From: the human T2T-CHM13v2.0 reference genome, Homo sapiens
Strand: one strand, 5' to 3'
DNA: 64,000 nucleotides
Assembly: GCF_009914755.1 (NCBI RefSeq)
Contig: NC_060930.1
In this document: positions 22,880-61,505 of the stretch, in pieces
How the letters are laid out: each line of letters starts with the position of its first letter
How positions within the stretch are numbered: the first letter of the stretch is position 1
Notes under the pieces: generated by a model
The model's input: the letters and a program-made list of their open reading frames with translations, nothing else
What the model was told of the DNA's origin: nothing
Database searches by the model: none
Program-made: the position numbers and the translations under genes

Positions 22880-23044
<165 letters not shown>

Positions 23045-23461
23045 TAATTTTTGTATTTTTAGTAGAGACAGGATTTCACTATGTTGGCCAGGCTGGTCTT
23101 GAACTCATGACCTCGTGATCTGCCCGCCTTGGCCTCCAGAAGTGCTGGGATTACAGGCATGAGCCACCGTGCCTGGCCCTTTTTTTTTTTAAGACAGAAT
23201 CTCGCTCTGTCACCCAGGCGCGATCTTGGCTCACTGCAACCTGCGATCCGACTCCCTGGTTCAAGTGATTGTCCTGCCTCAGCCTCCCAAGTAGCTGAGA
23301 TTACAGGCACATGCCAACACGCCCAGTTAAGTTTTGTATTCACCGTGTTTCACTATGTTGGCCAGGATGGTCTCAATCTCATGACCTTGTGATCCGCCTG
23401 CCTCGGCCTCTCAAAGTGCTGGGATTTCAGGTGTGAGCCACCACGCCCAGCCAGGAGATTA

Positions 23462-24272
<811 letters not shown>

Positions 24273-24762
24273 CTATGCCTCAACGTTGGTGCTGGCTTTC
24301 CCTTCCTCATTTCTGTGCTTGCTTTTAGCCCCTGTTGTCTTGCCAGGACTCTAAATGTCTCTTAACTGGTCTTCCAGCCCCTACATACTGATTCCAGAAT
24401 AATATTTCTGAAATGCAAATCAAATCATATCACTTCCTTATCTAAAATTCCATATAGCAAATCGCCTTACAAGCTGTAAATGCTGTTTCTTCCATAAGGC
24501 ATTCTCTCCTTCCTCCCTGGTCTAGTGTCATTGTGGCCTTCCTTCCCTCCCCAGCCCTGAAAGGTCCTGAACTTGCAGTTCCTTTAATGCGCTCTGGGGT
24601 TTCATTGCTCACCTGGATGCTTGCATCTCTTCCTTGTCAGGTAAACACTCATCTTTTAAGGCTATCTCAAGTTCATTGATGAAACCTTTCTGATCTTCTA
24701 GAGAGACCTAATATTCCCCTGTTTGTGTCCCTGTGAACTTTATATGGACTCCTATCTCAGCT

Positions 24763-25130
24763 TGTATCAGTCAGGATGGCTACATCATGCTGCAGTAACA
24801 AACAACCCTGGAATCTCAGTAGCTTAACACAACAGTTTTATTTCTCACTATTGCTCTCTGTTGGGTCAGTAGGAGTGTTAGAGTCTCTGATCATCATAGT
24901 CACTCAGGCATCCAGATCAAAGGAGGCTCCATCAAAAGAGGGTGCTGGAGTGTCTTGTGTTACATTGGCAGTTAAATACTTGTGCCTGACAGTAACAACA
25001 CATGTGACTTCTGCTCTTATTTCACTGGCCAAAGCAAGCCAGTTAGGCCTCTTGCAGTGGCCTAACTTCAGGAGGGCTGAGGAATTCCATCCTATCATGT
25101 GCCTGGAAGGCAGAAAACGGGAAAATTCAT
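24763..25130 (-). mobile_element. MaLR (MLT1-type) LTR
   Basis: TGTATCAGTCAGGATGG...GCTGCAGTAACAAACAACCC...ATCTCAGTAGCTTAACACAAC, a typical antisense MLT1 end. Confidence 0.6.
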
Positions 25131-25518
25131 GAAGAGCCTCAATGGCTGCCTCAACTCGGTGTAGCGCTGACTGGCTCACATATCTCTCTCCCACTGGACA
25201 GTGGGGGAACCAAACGTGTCACAGCGTTCCTACCCTTTAGCAGTTTGTGCTCCAGGAATGTGGAGAGACCAGTATATGGATGGATTATAACTCTGTGTTA
25301 ATGTTACAGTCTGGGTTTGCTGGCGTGGAAGGAGTTTGTGGAAGAAGGGCAGTAGTTTATAGGGAGAGGAGGATGGAAAGGGATGATCTTAATTTTGGTG
25401 ACCCTGACAGCAGAGCTTGAGACAGGACTTGGCCGTAGGTAGTTAATTTAGGTGATCCCAGAAAGCAGAAGCGAGGCTATAGGGAGTGTGAGATCCTGAA
25501 GGAGGAAAGGCCAGTTTA

Positions 25519-25945
<427 letters not shown>

Positions 25946-26278
25946 CTACTGCTTCCCACTCTGCAATAATTGCAGGTTGACTCTGGGCATTAGTTCTCTG
26001 CCCTTTTTTTTTTTTTTTTTGAGACAGAGTTTTGCTCCTTTTGCCCAGGCTGGAGTTGTAGTGAGCTGAGATAGCGCCACTGTACTCCAGCCTGGGTGAC
26101 AGGGCGAGACTCCATCTCAACAAAAAAAAAAAAAAAAAAAAAGGCTGGCTGTGGTGGCTCATGTCTGTAATCTGAGCACTTTGGGAGGCCGAGGCGGGTG
26201 GATTACCTGAGATCATGAATTTGAGACCAGCCTGGCAAACATGGTGAAACCTCGTCTCTACTAAAAATACAAAAATTA

Positions 26279-27323
<1,045 letters not shown>

Positions 27324-28318
27324 TCAAGACCAGCCTGGAAAACATAGCAAGACCTCATCTCTAATTAAAGTAAACAATTAAAAAAAACTTAGCCTGGTAT
27401 GATGGTATATGCCTGTAATCTCAGCTACTCAGGAGGCTGAGGTGGGAGGATTGTGGAAGCCCAGGAGTTTGAGGCTGCCGTGAGCTATGATCAGGTCTCT
27501 GCACTCCAGCCTGGGCAACAAAGCAAGACCCCATCTCAAAAAAAAAATATTCCTCGAGGCCAGGCACAGTGGCTCACACTTGTAATCCTAACACTTTGGG
27601 AGACTGAGGCAGGAGGATCACTTGAAGCTAGGAGTTTGAGGCCAGTCCGGGCAACATACTGAGACCCCTGTCTTTACAAAAGTAAATAAATGAATAAATT
27701 AGCTGGGCATGGTGATGCATGCTTCTTGTCCCAGCTTCTTGGAAGGCTGAGGTGGGAGGATCATGTGAGCCCAGGAGTTTGTGGTTACAGTGAGCTGTGA
27801 TTGCACCACTAAACTCCAGCCTGGGTGACAGTGAGACCCTGTCTTTAACTTAAAAAAAAAAAAAAATCCTGGCTGGGAGCGGTGGCTCACGCCTGTAATT
27901 CCAGCACTTTGGGAGGCCGAGGTGGGCGGATCACGAGGTCAGGAGTTCAAGACCAGCCTGGCCAAGTTGGTGAAACCCCATCTCTACTAAAAATACAAAA
28001 AAATTAGCTGGGTGTAGTGGCGGGCACCTGTAATCCCAGCTACTCAGGAGGCTTGAACCTGGGAGGCAGAGGTTGCAGTGGGCCGAGATTGCATCACTGC
28101 ACTCCAGCCTGGGTGACAGAGCAAGACTCTGTCTCAAAAAAAAAAAAAAAAAAAAAAATTCCTGGAAGGAATGGTTGGTGGGTGGTATATAGACATGAAC
28201 CCAGACCGTCTATGAACCGAGACCGTCTATGAACTGAAGCTAGATGATGGATACATACATGAAAGTTCATTTTACTATTCTCTCTACTTTACAATATGTT
28301 TGAAATTTTACAAAATAA

Positions 28319-28526
<208 letters not shown>

Positions 28527-31500
28527 TAGGTGGGGTGACAAGTGCCTGCCAACACACCCGGCTAATTTTTGTATTTTTAGTAGAGACGGGATTTCACCAT
28601 GTTGGTCAGGCTGGTCTCAAACTCCTGACCTCAGGTGATCCACCTGCCTTGGCCACCCAAAGTGCTGGGATTACAGGCGTGAGCCACTGGGCCTGGCCTT
28701 GAATAGGTATCATATGTACCCAGTGAAAACTACAAGGAGTAATAAAGGGGATTTGGTGAAAATTAAGTTGCCTTCTTTACCTCCCACCTCATTTTCCAGC
28801 CCCCAGTTCTCCCCAGAGGCAACTCTCCTATCCAGTTTTTTGTAAACTTTTCCAGTGAAATTATATACACACAGAGAGCATATGTGGCTACTATCCTCTT
28901 TCCCTCCTTTTTTTGCATAAATGGTGGCATCCCATACATACAGTTCTGAATGTCTATCTAGTTTAAAAGTGTATATTATATAACATATATATCTGGAGAC
29001 ATTCAGCTCTGTACACACAGATAAGCCTTAAGCTTGCAGAGACTGCGTAGTATTCAGTTGTCCCCATACCACAATGTGCTGTGTCTGTCCCCTATTAATG
29101 GACGTGGGAGTTTCCAAACATTTCCTCTTGGTAACAGTGAATGCTAAAGCAAATATCCTGGTACCTTTTATACCTGTAGGGTAGCCGATCTTCTCCTTTT
29201 GATGGTCCTAATTCTCAAAGGTAACCTTAAGGGGAGTGTATTTTGCTGTTGGTTCTGTGGATGACAGGTGACAAAACAGGGTGAGTAAGGCTACGAAATA
29301 GCTAATGAATTTGCCAAGCCAAACCTGAGGTTCCAGGCTGTCTTAAGTCAAAGCCTGAATTCCTCATACCACACTGGGGCTGGGGCCAGAGACGGGGCAG
29401 GAGGAGCTCTTCTCAGGTATAACCTTTCATTTGTGTTGGGCAGGAAAGCAAGGCATGAACGTATGTCTTTCTACTGGGCAAGTTCCCTCTTCACCCCTTG
29501 GCAGCACTGGAGGAGTGAGGGCAGGAGGATTCTCCCATGTGAGCCCCAGGCTATCCTTTTGTCAAGAGGGTACTGGTACCCAGAACTGGGAAGGGGATGA
29601 ATATCTCCCCACTCCCCAGGATAAAGGAAAACATTAGAGAGGAATTTTCAATGAAAGGGCAGAGGAGGCTAGTGAGGCCCCCACTGCCACCAATGCTAAG
29701 CCCAGAGCTGGGGTTGGGGTGGTGAGGACCGGAGCCAGGGCAATTCAGCCATAGGCCACCCCTCCCCCTGGCCCATCCTCAGCTGACCCCTGAGCACCTG
29801 AGTTGTGTTTACCACCCTCTTACCTGGGTTACCCAGGGCAGCTTCCCTGATGGGTAGCAAGAAGTGGGTGATAACATGCACCATGCCCCCCACCAGCCCA
29901 AGGACAGTGGAGACCTCAGAGGGCTGAGGTAAGAGCTGCGGTGTGGGCAGATGGACACCCTGGTACACCCCAGGCCTGTGAGTCTTTAGAGGTTGAGTTT
30001 TTGTCTGAAAGAGATATGGCGCCTACAGGAGGTCAGGGACAGGCCTTCTGTTTCTTGGGAGGCCCTACCCCACCCCTTAGTTCCTCGTTCCATTCTCAGG
30101 AATTGTTTGTGCAATGGATGGACAAGGACAGGAGGTTCAGTGTCTAACCCAGTGTCTGGGCCTGCAGGGTGGCCTCTGAGGCCCAGGGCCCTGGAAGAGC
30201 CTGGGCATGGGGAGGAGCCCCATGGGGCAGGGCAAAACCCTTTCTGAGGCTCTAAGGGTGATGTATGTGGAGATTCCTCAAGATCATAGTTGGGCAATCA
30301 CTTCAAAGTTAGTAGGCAGTGCCTGCTAGGATGGGGGATGGTGTGTGTACCGAGGAACTTAGCAGAGGCCTTTGTGTGGAAATGGGTGGGGTCTGACCCA
30401 ATGTAAATATTTTTATTAAAAAAGAAATGGATGAGAAACCAAAGCCAATTCTGTTGCTGACCTGAAAGATGCTATTTACTTGGGGTGGAAATAGGATGGG
30501 GGAGGGCATTGGCTTGACCTTACTTGGATAGCTCATTGTTTAAAAAAAAAACTCCTGGATCCTTCCTCTGGGGAGCTTGAGACAAGTGCACAAGTAGCTA
30601 GAAGGTGGGAAATGGCGTGGACAGGTCTTGTAGGAGTCTGGAAGATGAGGGATTTGAGAAGGATGGAAAAGAAGGTGTTATGGGAGAGGGGGTGCCAAGA
30701 GGAAAGAGCCTAGGGGAGAGAGGGCTTGGAAATGCAAGGGGCTGGGGTAGACTTCAGGGATGCGCAAGGAGCTCCCAGCAGTCACTAAAGAGAAGACGTG
30801 AGGAAGAGGCACTACCACTTGGTGGCTATGAGTGTGGACCCAGGAGCCATGCTGCCTGGGTTTGAATCCCGGCTCTGCTGCTTAGTACCTGTATGAACCT
30901 GGGGCAGCTCACTTAACCTTTGTGTGCCTCAGTTCCCTCATCTGTAAAGTGGGAGTAACAACAGAACCTGTGTCATAAGCTTGCTGTGAGGATTAAGTGA
31001 GCACCTACATTTAAGACTTAAAAATACTGTCTGGCACTATGTCCTGCTAATATGAAGTCTTCCTCCCCCAGAAGCAGACCTGGAGACAAGGGTTCCAGTG
31101 CAGACAGTGCATTCTGGAGGTGATCGCAAGAAACATGGGTAGTGGAGTGTGATAGAGAAGGAAGGCAGTCAATGAAGGGTGTGTTATCAGGCAAATTTAC
31201 CATTGTGGGTGAGTGGAGGTCAATCCCACTCAGGAACCCTGGAGTGGTGCAGAGTTATCCCATGGTCCAGGGTGAGGGAGCCCAGTATTTATACCAATCA
31301 GTCATTGGTTGAAGGCCTTAATTCTCTGTCATTTCCAGCTTTCTGTGCACAGATGGTGCAGGACACCAAAAACAATCCTTGGGTAGAGACAGAGATGCTG
31401 CAGCTGGAAGTCAGTGGAGCACCCCAGTGATAAGGCCCAAGGGATATGGTGGGGCAAGGACAGATCCACTAAAACCACCAAGAGGCTTGCAGAGCAATGC

Positions 31501-32506
31501 TGAATCCCCATCTAAAGTCACACATTAAGGCTGTGAACCAGGCCAAGCCAGACTAGTTTTCCAATTTGGGGGTTGACCTGCAGTTGCCATAGAAGGTTGA
31601 GGGGTGGCAGATCCTAGGATGACCGCGAAGTCCATGCCCAAGTGGCCAGACTGGATAAGGAGTAGACTGGCCACTAGAGTGGGGTCGGCCTCTGCTATAT
31701 GCCACGTTTCCTCAGAAATTTTCAGCTGCAAGGTGCTGAGCTCTCCAGGGGAGAATAAGGCATCCTGAGAGGCCATCAGAGCATCATTTCTGATTTTTAA
31801 ACTCTGATTAGGGGGCCTGGCACAGTGGCTCACACCTGTAATCCCAGCACTTTGGGAGGCAGAGGCAGGTGGATCACCTGAGGTCAGGAGTTTGAGACCA
31901 GCCTGACCAGCATGGTGAAACCCCATCTCTACTAAAAATACAAAAATTAGCTGGGCATGGTAGCACATGCCTGTAATCCCAGCTACTTGGGAGTCTGAGG
32001 CAGGAGAATCCCTTGAACCCAGGAGGTGGAGGTTGCAGTGAGCCGAGATCGTACTGCTTCACTCCAGCCTGGGCAACAAAGCAAGACTTTGTCTCAAAAA
32101 CAAAAAACCAAAAAAACCAAAAGCAAAAATCCAACTCTGACTAGGAGATGAAGTACAGAATTGGGGTATTGGTTTTTTCTCTTTGGAATTGTACCCTTGG
32201 AAGCAGATATTAGAAGCCTAGAATTGATAAGAAGAAATTTGGACAAGATGGAAGAAGCTGGCAGGAGAGGCATGTCTGTTTTTTAGATATTATTCACCTG
32301 CTTCCCTCTACCTGGAGTGAAAACACGGTTACATTTGCTGGGCTTTTGAATGGTACAAGAAATAGAGAAGCCAAGGTCGCCCTCATCTGGTGGGGTCTAC
32401 TGAAAAGCTAATCGGGAGTGCCGAGGGGAATAAAGGTCTGGCATCTTTAGCCCCACAGGTCAGGTCATGGTCCTTCCACATTCGACTGGGCCTCCTGGAG
32501 AGCTGA

Positions 32507-33353
<847 letters not shown>

Positions 33354-34490
33354 TCTGAGGCTCTTATTTGAAAGTGCAGCAAAATTCTATCTTATTTAAG
33401 TTACTGTATTTTAGGGTCTCTTTATTACAGAAGTTTAACGTGTATCCTAATAAACACACTTCTCTGAGTGTTGCCTTTGGCTCTCACATTGATTTCTTGC
33501 TAGGTATATCAGTTAGACATGGTTTGGCTTTGTTATAACCAAGCTAGAATAACAGCAGCTTAAATGGTCTGAGCATAAGTGGTCCAGGTCAATCCTATTA
33601 GCTCTACAGGATTGGAGAGCAGGGCCTCTTTAATTTTGTTTCTTTATCATCATCCACATGTGACTTCCATTTTGTGATCTAGGTGGCTGTTCCAGAGTCC
33701 ACCATTCTGTCCACATTCCAGCTGGTGGGAAGGGAAGAAGTTTTATACATTGAGGAGTAAACACTTCTCCTTAAGAACATACTCTGTGGGCCCAGAAAAC
33801 TTGGGAGTTTTATTACTTAAGCAGGAAGAGAGAATGAATTCTGCCACACTGTGCCAAGTTGATGTAGCTCAACAAATACTGGGAAAAACTCATGAAAGAA
33901 AGGCCCTTTCTTTTGAAGGCAGCTGTTACATATTAGTTTGATGGCTTTAAAAGGCACCCAAAGTTTAGTGATTTGAATGTTCAGTCAGGTTAGGCTTCAT
34001 TACGTTCTGGTAACCAACAACCTAGAAATATTTGTTGCCATAGGAGGGCTTACAAAATATAGCCATCAGTCTCTCCTATTCTGATGTGCCTGCCCCTTTG
34101 CCGTGTGACTTTGCCATTCCTCCTATCAAGAGGTAAATTCTATGCCTCCAGTCTTAAATCTGGGCTGACCTTGTGATTTGCTTTGACCAATAGAATGTGG
34201 CAGAAGTGATGTTATGTGACTTTTGGGGCTAGGCCTCGAGAGACCTTGCAGCTTATGTTTTGGATTCCTCAGAAGTTGTCCTGAGACTGCCATGCTATGA
34301 GGGCTAGGGAGGAAGGACCTGCTGTCCTACTGTTAACTGAACTCAGCCCCTAGCTGACTGCCGCTGCATGGAAGATCAGCAGAAGAACCTTCTGGCCAAT
34401 ATGAGAAAGAATAAATCATTTTTAAATTTCCTACATATTGGGTGGGTACTTTTTTTCCTGCATTAGTAGAAATGCAATGAATTAAAATAA

Positions 34491-34783
<293 letters not shown>

Positions 34784-35606
34784 TGATCCCCCTGCCTCGG
34801 CCTCCCAAAGTGCTGGGATTACAGGTGTGAGCCACTGTGCCCGGCTGGTACTGTGCTTTCGATATCACCCAGGGATCTTGGCTGGTGGAGCAGCCACCAT
34901 CTCAGACGTTACCATACAGAGGGGAAGAGCAGGGTGAAGACTACATTGAGCTTCCATCAGGAAGTGATACATATCACTTGTACTCACATCTTATTGGCTA
35001 AAACAAGTGGCTGGGGAAATCCTATCCTACCATGTGATTGAAAGAAGACAAGGCTACAGTATTTGTGAACATCCTTAAATACCCCCCACCTTTACGATAG
35101 TTTATTTCTCTCTTGTAACAATCTAAGTGGCTGTGCAGGGCTGGTATGACATCAACACTGTGTCAGACACCCAGGCTCCTCTGTCTGTTTGCTCTGTCAT
35201 CCCCAGCATGTTGCCCTCATCCTCCTGGTGGAAGACGGATCTCCGCTAGGTTTATATTCCAGCCCATGAAAAGAAAAGGCACACTGCCTTTTTATTTTAG
35301 GGACATAACTTGGAAATGACATACATAAGTTCTACTAACATCCCATTAGCCAGAACCAAGTCACCTGGCTACCTAGCTGCAAGGGAAGCTAGGAAATATG
35401 GTCTTTAGCTGGGTGACTGTATGTTCCCCTAACCATCTCTTACTGTGGAAGGAGGGAGAAAAGATACTTGAGGGGCAGGGGAGGCACTAGCAGCTCTGCC
35501 ACAGCAGCCACTTTGGAGTCCCTAACACCAGGATGTCCTGATTTTCATGCACTTAGCCCTGTCCAAGGGGAGTCTCAATTTGTGTACTCTTTTTTTTTTT
35601 TTTTGA

Positions 35607-35867
<261 letters not shown>

Positions 35868-36779
35868 TGAGTCACTGTGCCCGGTCTTATTTTTTTTTTT
35901 TCTTTTTGAGATGTAGTCTTACTCTGTTGCCCAGGCTGGAGTGCAGTGGCACAATCTTGGCTCACTGCAACCTCCATCTTCTAGGTTCAATCAGTTCTCT
36001 AAGGACTCACTTATAAATCAAAAGGGTTTTTACGAACCTAAATGATCACTTCAGAGAGGTTTCATGTTCATTTTTTTATTGGTCTTATTTATTTTTACCC
36101 TACGTTGTTCAAAAAGGTATTGAAAAGACTTCTGTGGGTCAGGGAGACTAACACACTAGCTTCAAGTTTCTTTGCTTCCTGCATTTCATACAAGTGTAGG
36201 TTATGATTTAAAGGCATATCCCAGCCCCCGCAAAAGTTTTATTCCTTTGAGTAACCAACCCCAAATGTATTTACTTTGCCAGTTGGGAATTTCATCTACT
36301 AGACTTTCCGTAAAAATGTTGTAAACATTTTTCCTGTCTCCAAAACTAAGTGTTGATTTCATTTTTTCCACCTAGATTATCTCTAGGGAAGGATTGTAGG
36401 GAATAAAAAAGTATTGTCAATCTTCCTATTTATCAAGAAGTTCTAAAAAAATTAGTTTCACCCCCCTCGGAAGTTTATCTTCAAGAAGACAGAACTGTTC
36501 TAGGCTCTCAGGAAGTAAAACCCACTTGGTACAACCCAAAAGAACACTAAAACTTTACTTAAATGAAATATTTTGCAATATCTTGGATGGTTTGTGGGTT
36601 TGTGTGCTTTAGACTATTGACTATTCACACAAGAGCAAGGTGCATGTGTGCACACACGAGCCCAAATATGTGTTTGCCTGCGTGTTTGTGAGCATGCGTG
36701 TATGGTGCACATGTGCACGCATGGGTGGGTGGAGCGTGGGGGCAGTACACAAAGCCTGTGGGGGAGATCTATTGACCCT

Positions 36780-37007
36780 ATAGATATATTAGCATCAGGG
36801 AGACAGGGCAAAGGTTTCACCCTTCAGTTCAGTCCCCAATCCCTGCTTATTATTTCCCTAACAGAAGACCATCCCCCTTGCCACTCCCTGGTTTTTCTTC
36901 TCTGGCAGCAATGAAGCAGCTGCTGACCCAGCTCTAGTTTTCGGGAAGTCAGATGACCTTTTCCCTCCCGCGGCTCTCTACCTCTCGCCGCCCCTAGGGA
37001 GGACACC
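36780..37007 (+). promoter_or_regulatory. C2: C2 proximal (TATA-less) promoter
   Basis: HNF4/DR1-like sites AGGGCAAAGGTT (36805-36816) and TGACCTTTTCCCT (36954-36966), and STAT-like TTTCGGGAA (36939-36947), directly upstream of the ATG at 37008. Confidence 0.6.
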
Positions 37008-54562
<17,555 letters not shown>

Positions 54563-54714
54563 CCATGGCCACTGAGCCCTCTGCTGCCCTGCCAGAATCT
54601 GCCGCCCCTCCATCTTCTACCTCTGAATGGCCACCCTTAGACCCTGTGATCCATCCTCTCTCCTAGCTGAGTAAATCCGGGTCTCTAGGATGCCAGAGGC
54701 AGCGCACACAAGCT

Positions 54715-55276
54715 GGGAAATCCTCAGGGCTCCTACCAGCAGGACTGCCTCGCTGCCCCACCTCCCGCTCCTTGGCCTGTCCCCAGATTCCTTCCCTGGT
54801 TGACTTGACTCATGCTTGTTTCACTTTCACATGGAATTTCCCAGTTATGAAATTAATAAAAATCAATGGTTTCCACATCTCTCAGTGCCTCTATCTGGAG
54901 GCCAGGTAGGGCTGGCCTTGGGGGAGGGGGAGGCCAGAATGACTCCAAGAGCTACAGGAAGGCAGGTCAGAGACCCCACTGGACAAACAGTGGCTGGACT
55001 CTGCACCATAACACACAATCAACAGGGGAGTGAGCTGGATCCTTATTTCTGGTCCCTAAGTGGGTGGTTTGGGCTTACTGGGGAGGAGCTAAGGCCGGAG
55101 AGGAGGTACTGAAGGGGAGAGTCCTGGACCTTTGGCAGCAAAGGGTGGGACTTCTGCAGTTTCTGTTTCCTTGACTGGCAGCTCAGCGGGGCCCTCCCGC
55201 TTGGATGTTCCGGGAAAGTGATGTGGGTAGGACAGGCGGGGCGAGCCGCAGGTGCCAGAACACAGATTGTATAAAA
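54715..55276 (+). promoter_or_regulatory. CFB: CFB cytokine-responsive promoter
   Basis: kB-like GGGAAATCCT (54715-54724) and GGAATTTCCC (54833-54842), IRF-like GTTTCACTTTC (54818-54828), ISRE AGTTTCTGTTTCC (55158-55170), GAS TTCCGGGAA (55208-55216), TATA box TATAAAA (55270-55276). Confidence 0.8.
54855..54860 (+). terminator. C2: C2 polyadenylation signal
   Basis: AATAAA about 290 nt after the C2 stop. Confidence 0.85.
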
Positions 55277-55426
55277 GGCTGGGGGCTGGTGGGGAGCAGG
55301 GGAAGGGAATGTGACCAGGTCTAGGTCTGGAGTTTCAGCTTGGACACTGAGCCAAGCAGACAAGCAAAGCAAGCCAGGACACACCATCCTGCCCCAGGCC
55401 CAGCTTCTCTCCTGCCTTCCAACGCC

Positions 55427-61235
<5,809 letters not shown>

Positions 61236-61268
61236 GGGGTTTCCTGCTGGACAGGGGCGTGGGATTGA

Positions 61269-61274
61269 ATTAAA
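61269..61274 (+). terminator. CFB: CFB polyadenylation signal (ATTAAA variant)
   Basis: ATTAAA 33 nt after the stop, with TGTGTT downstream. Confidence 0.75.
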
Positions 61275-61505
61275 ACAGCTGCGACAACACCTGTGTTCCA
61301 GATCCTTTTGGGGCAAGGGAGTGGGGAACAGGCACTGGCCATGTTGTTACACTGAGATCAAACCTGACAGCCGTTTTTAAAGGTTTAACCCCAATCCCAA
61401 GTGCTGAAAAACCAGAGGCTGAGGGAGATGTGTAAGCTTCCACCTCAGTGTTTTACTGAGACCAGCATTGGGGCATATGAGGCACAAGGAATCCAGCTCT
61501 GTTCC

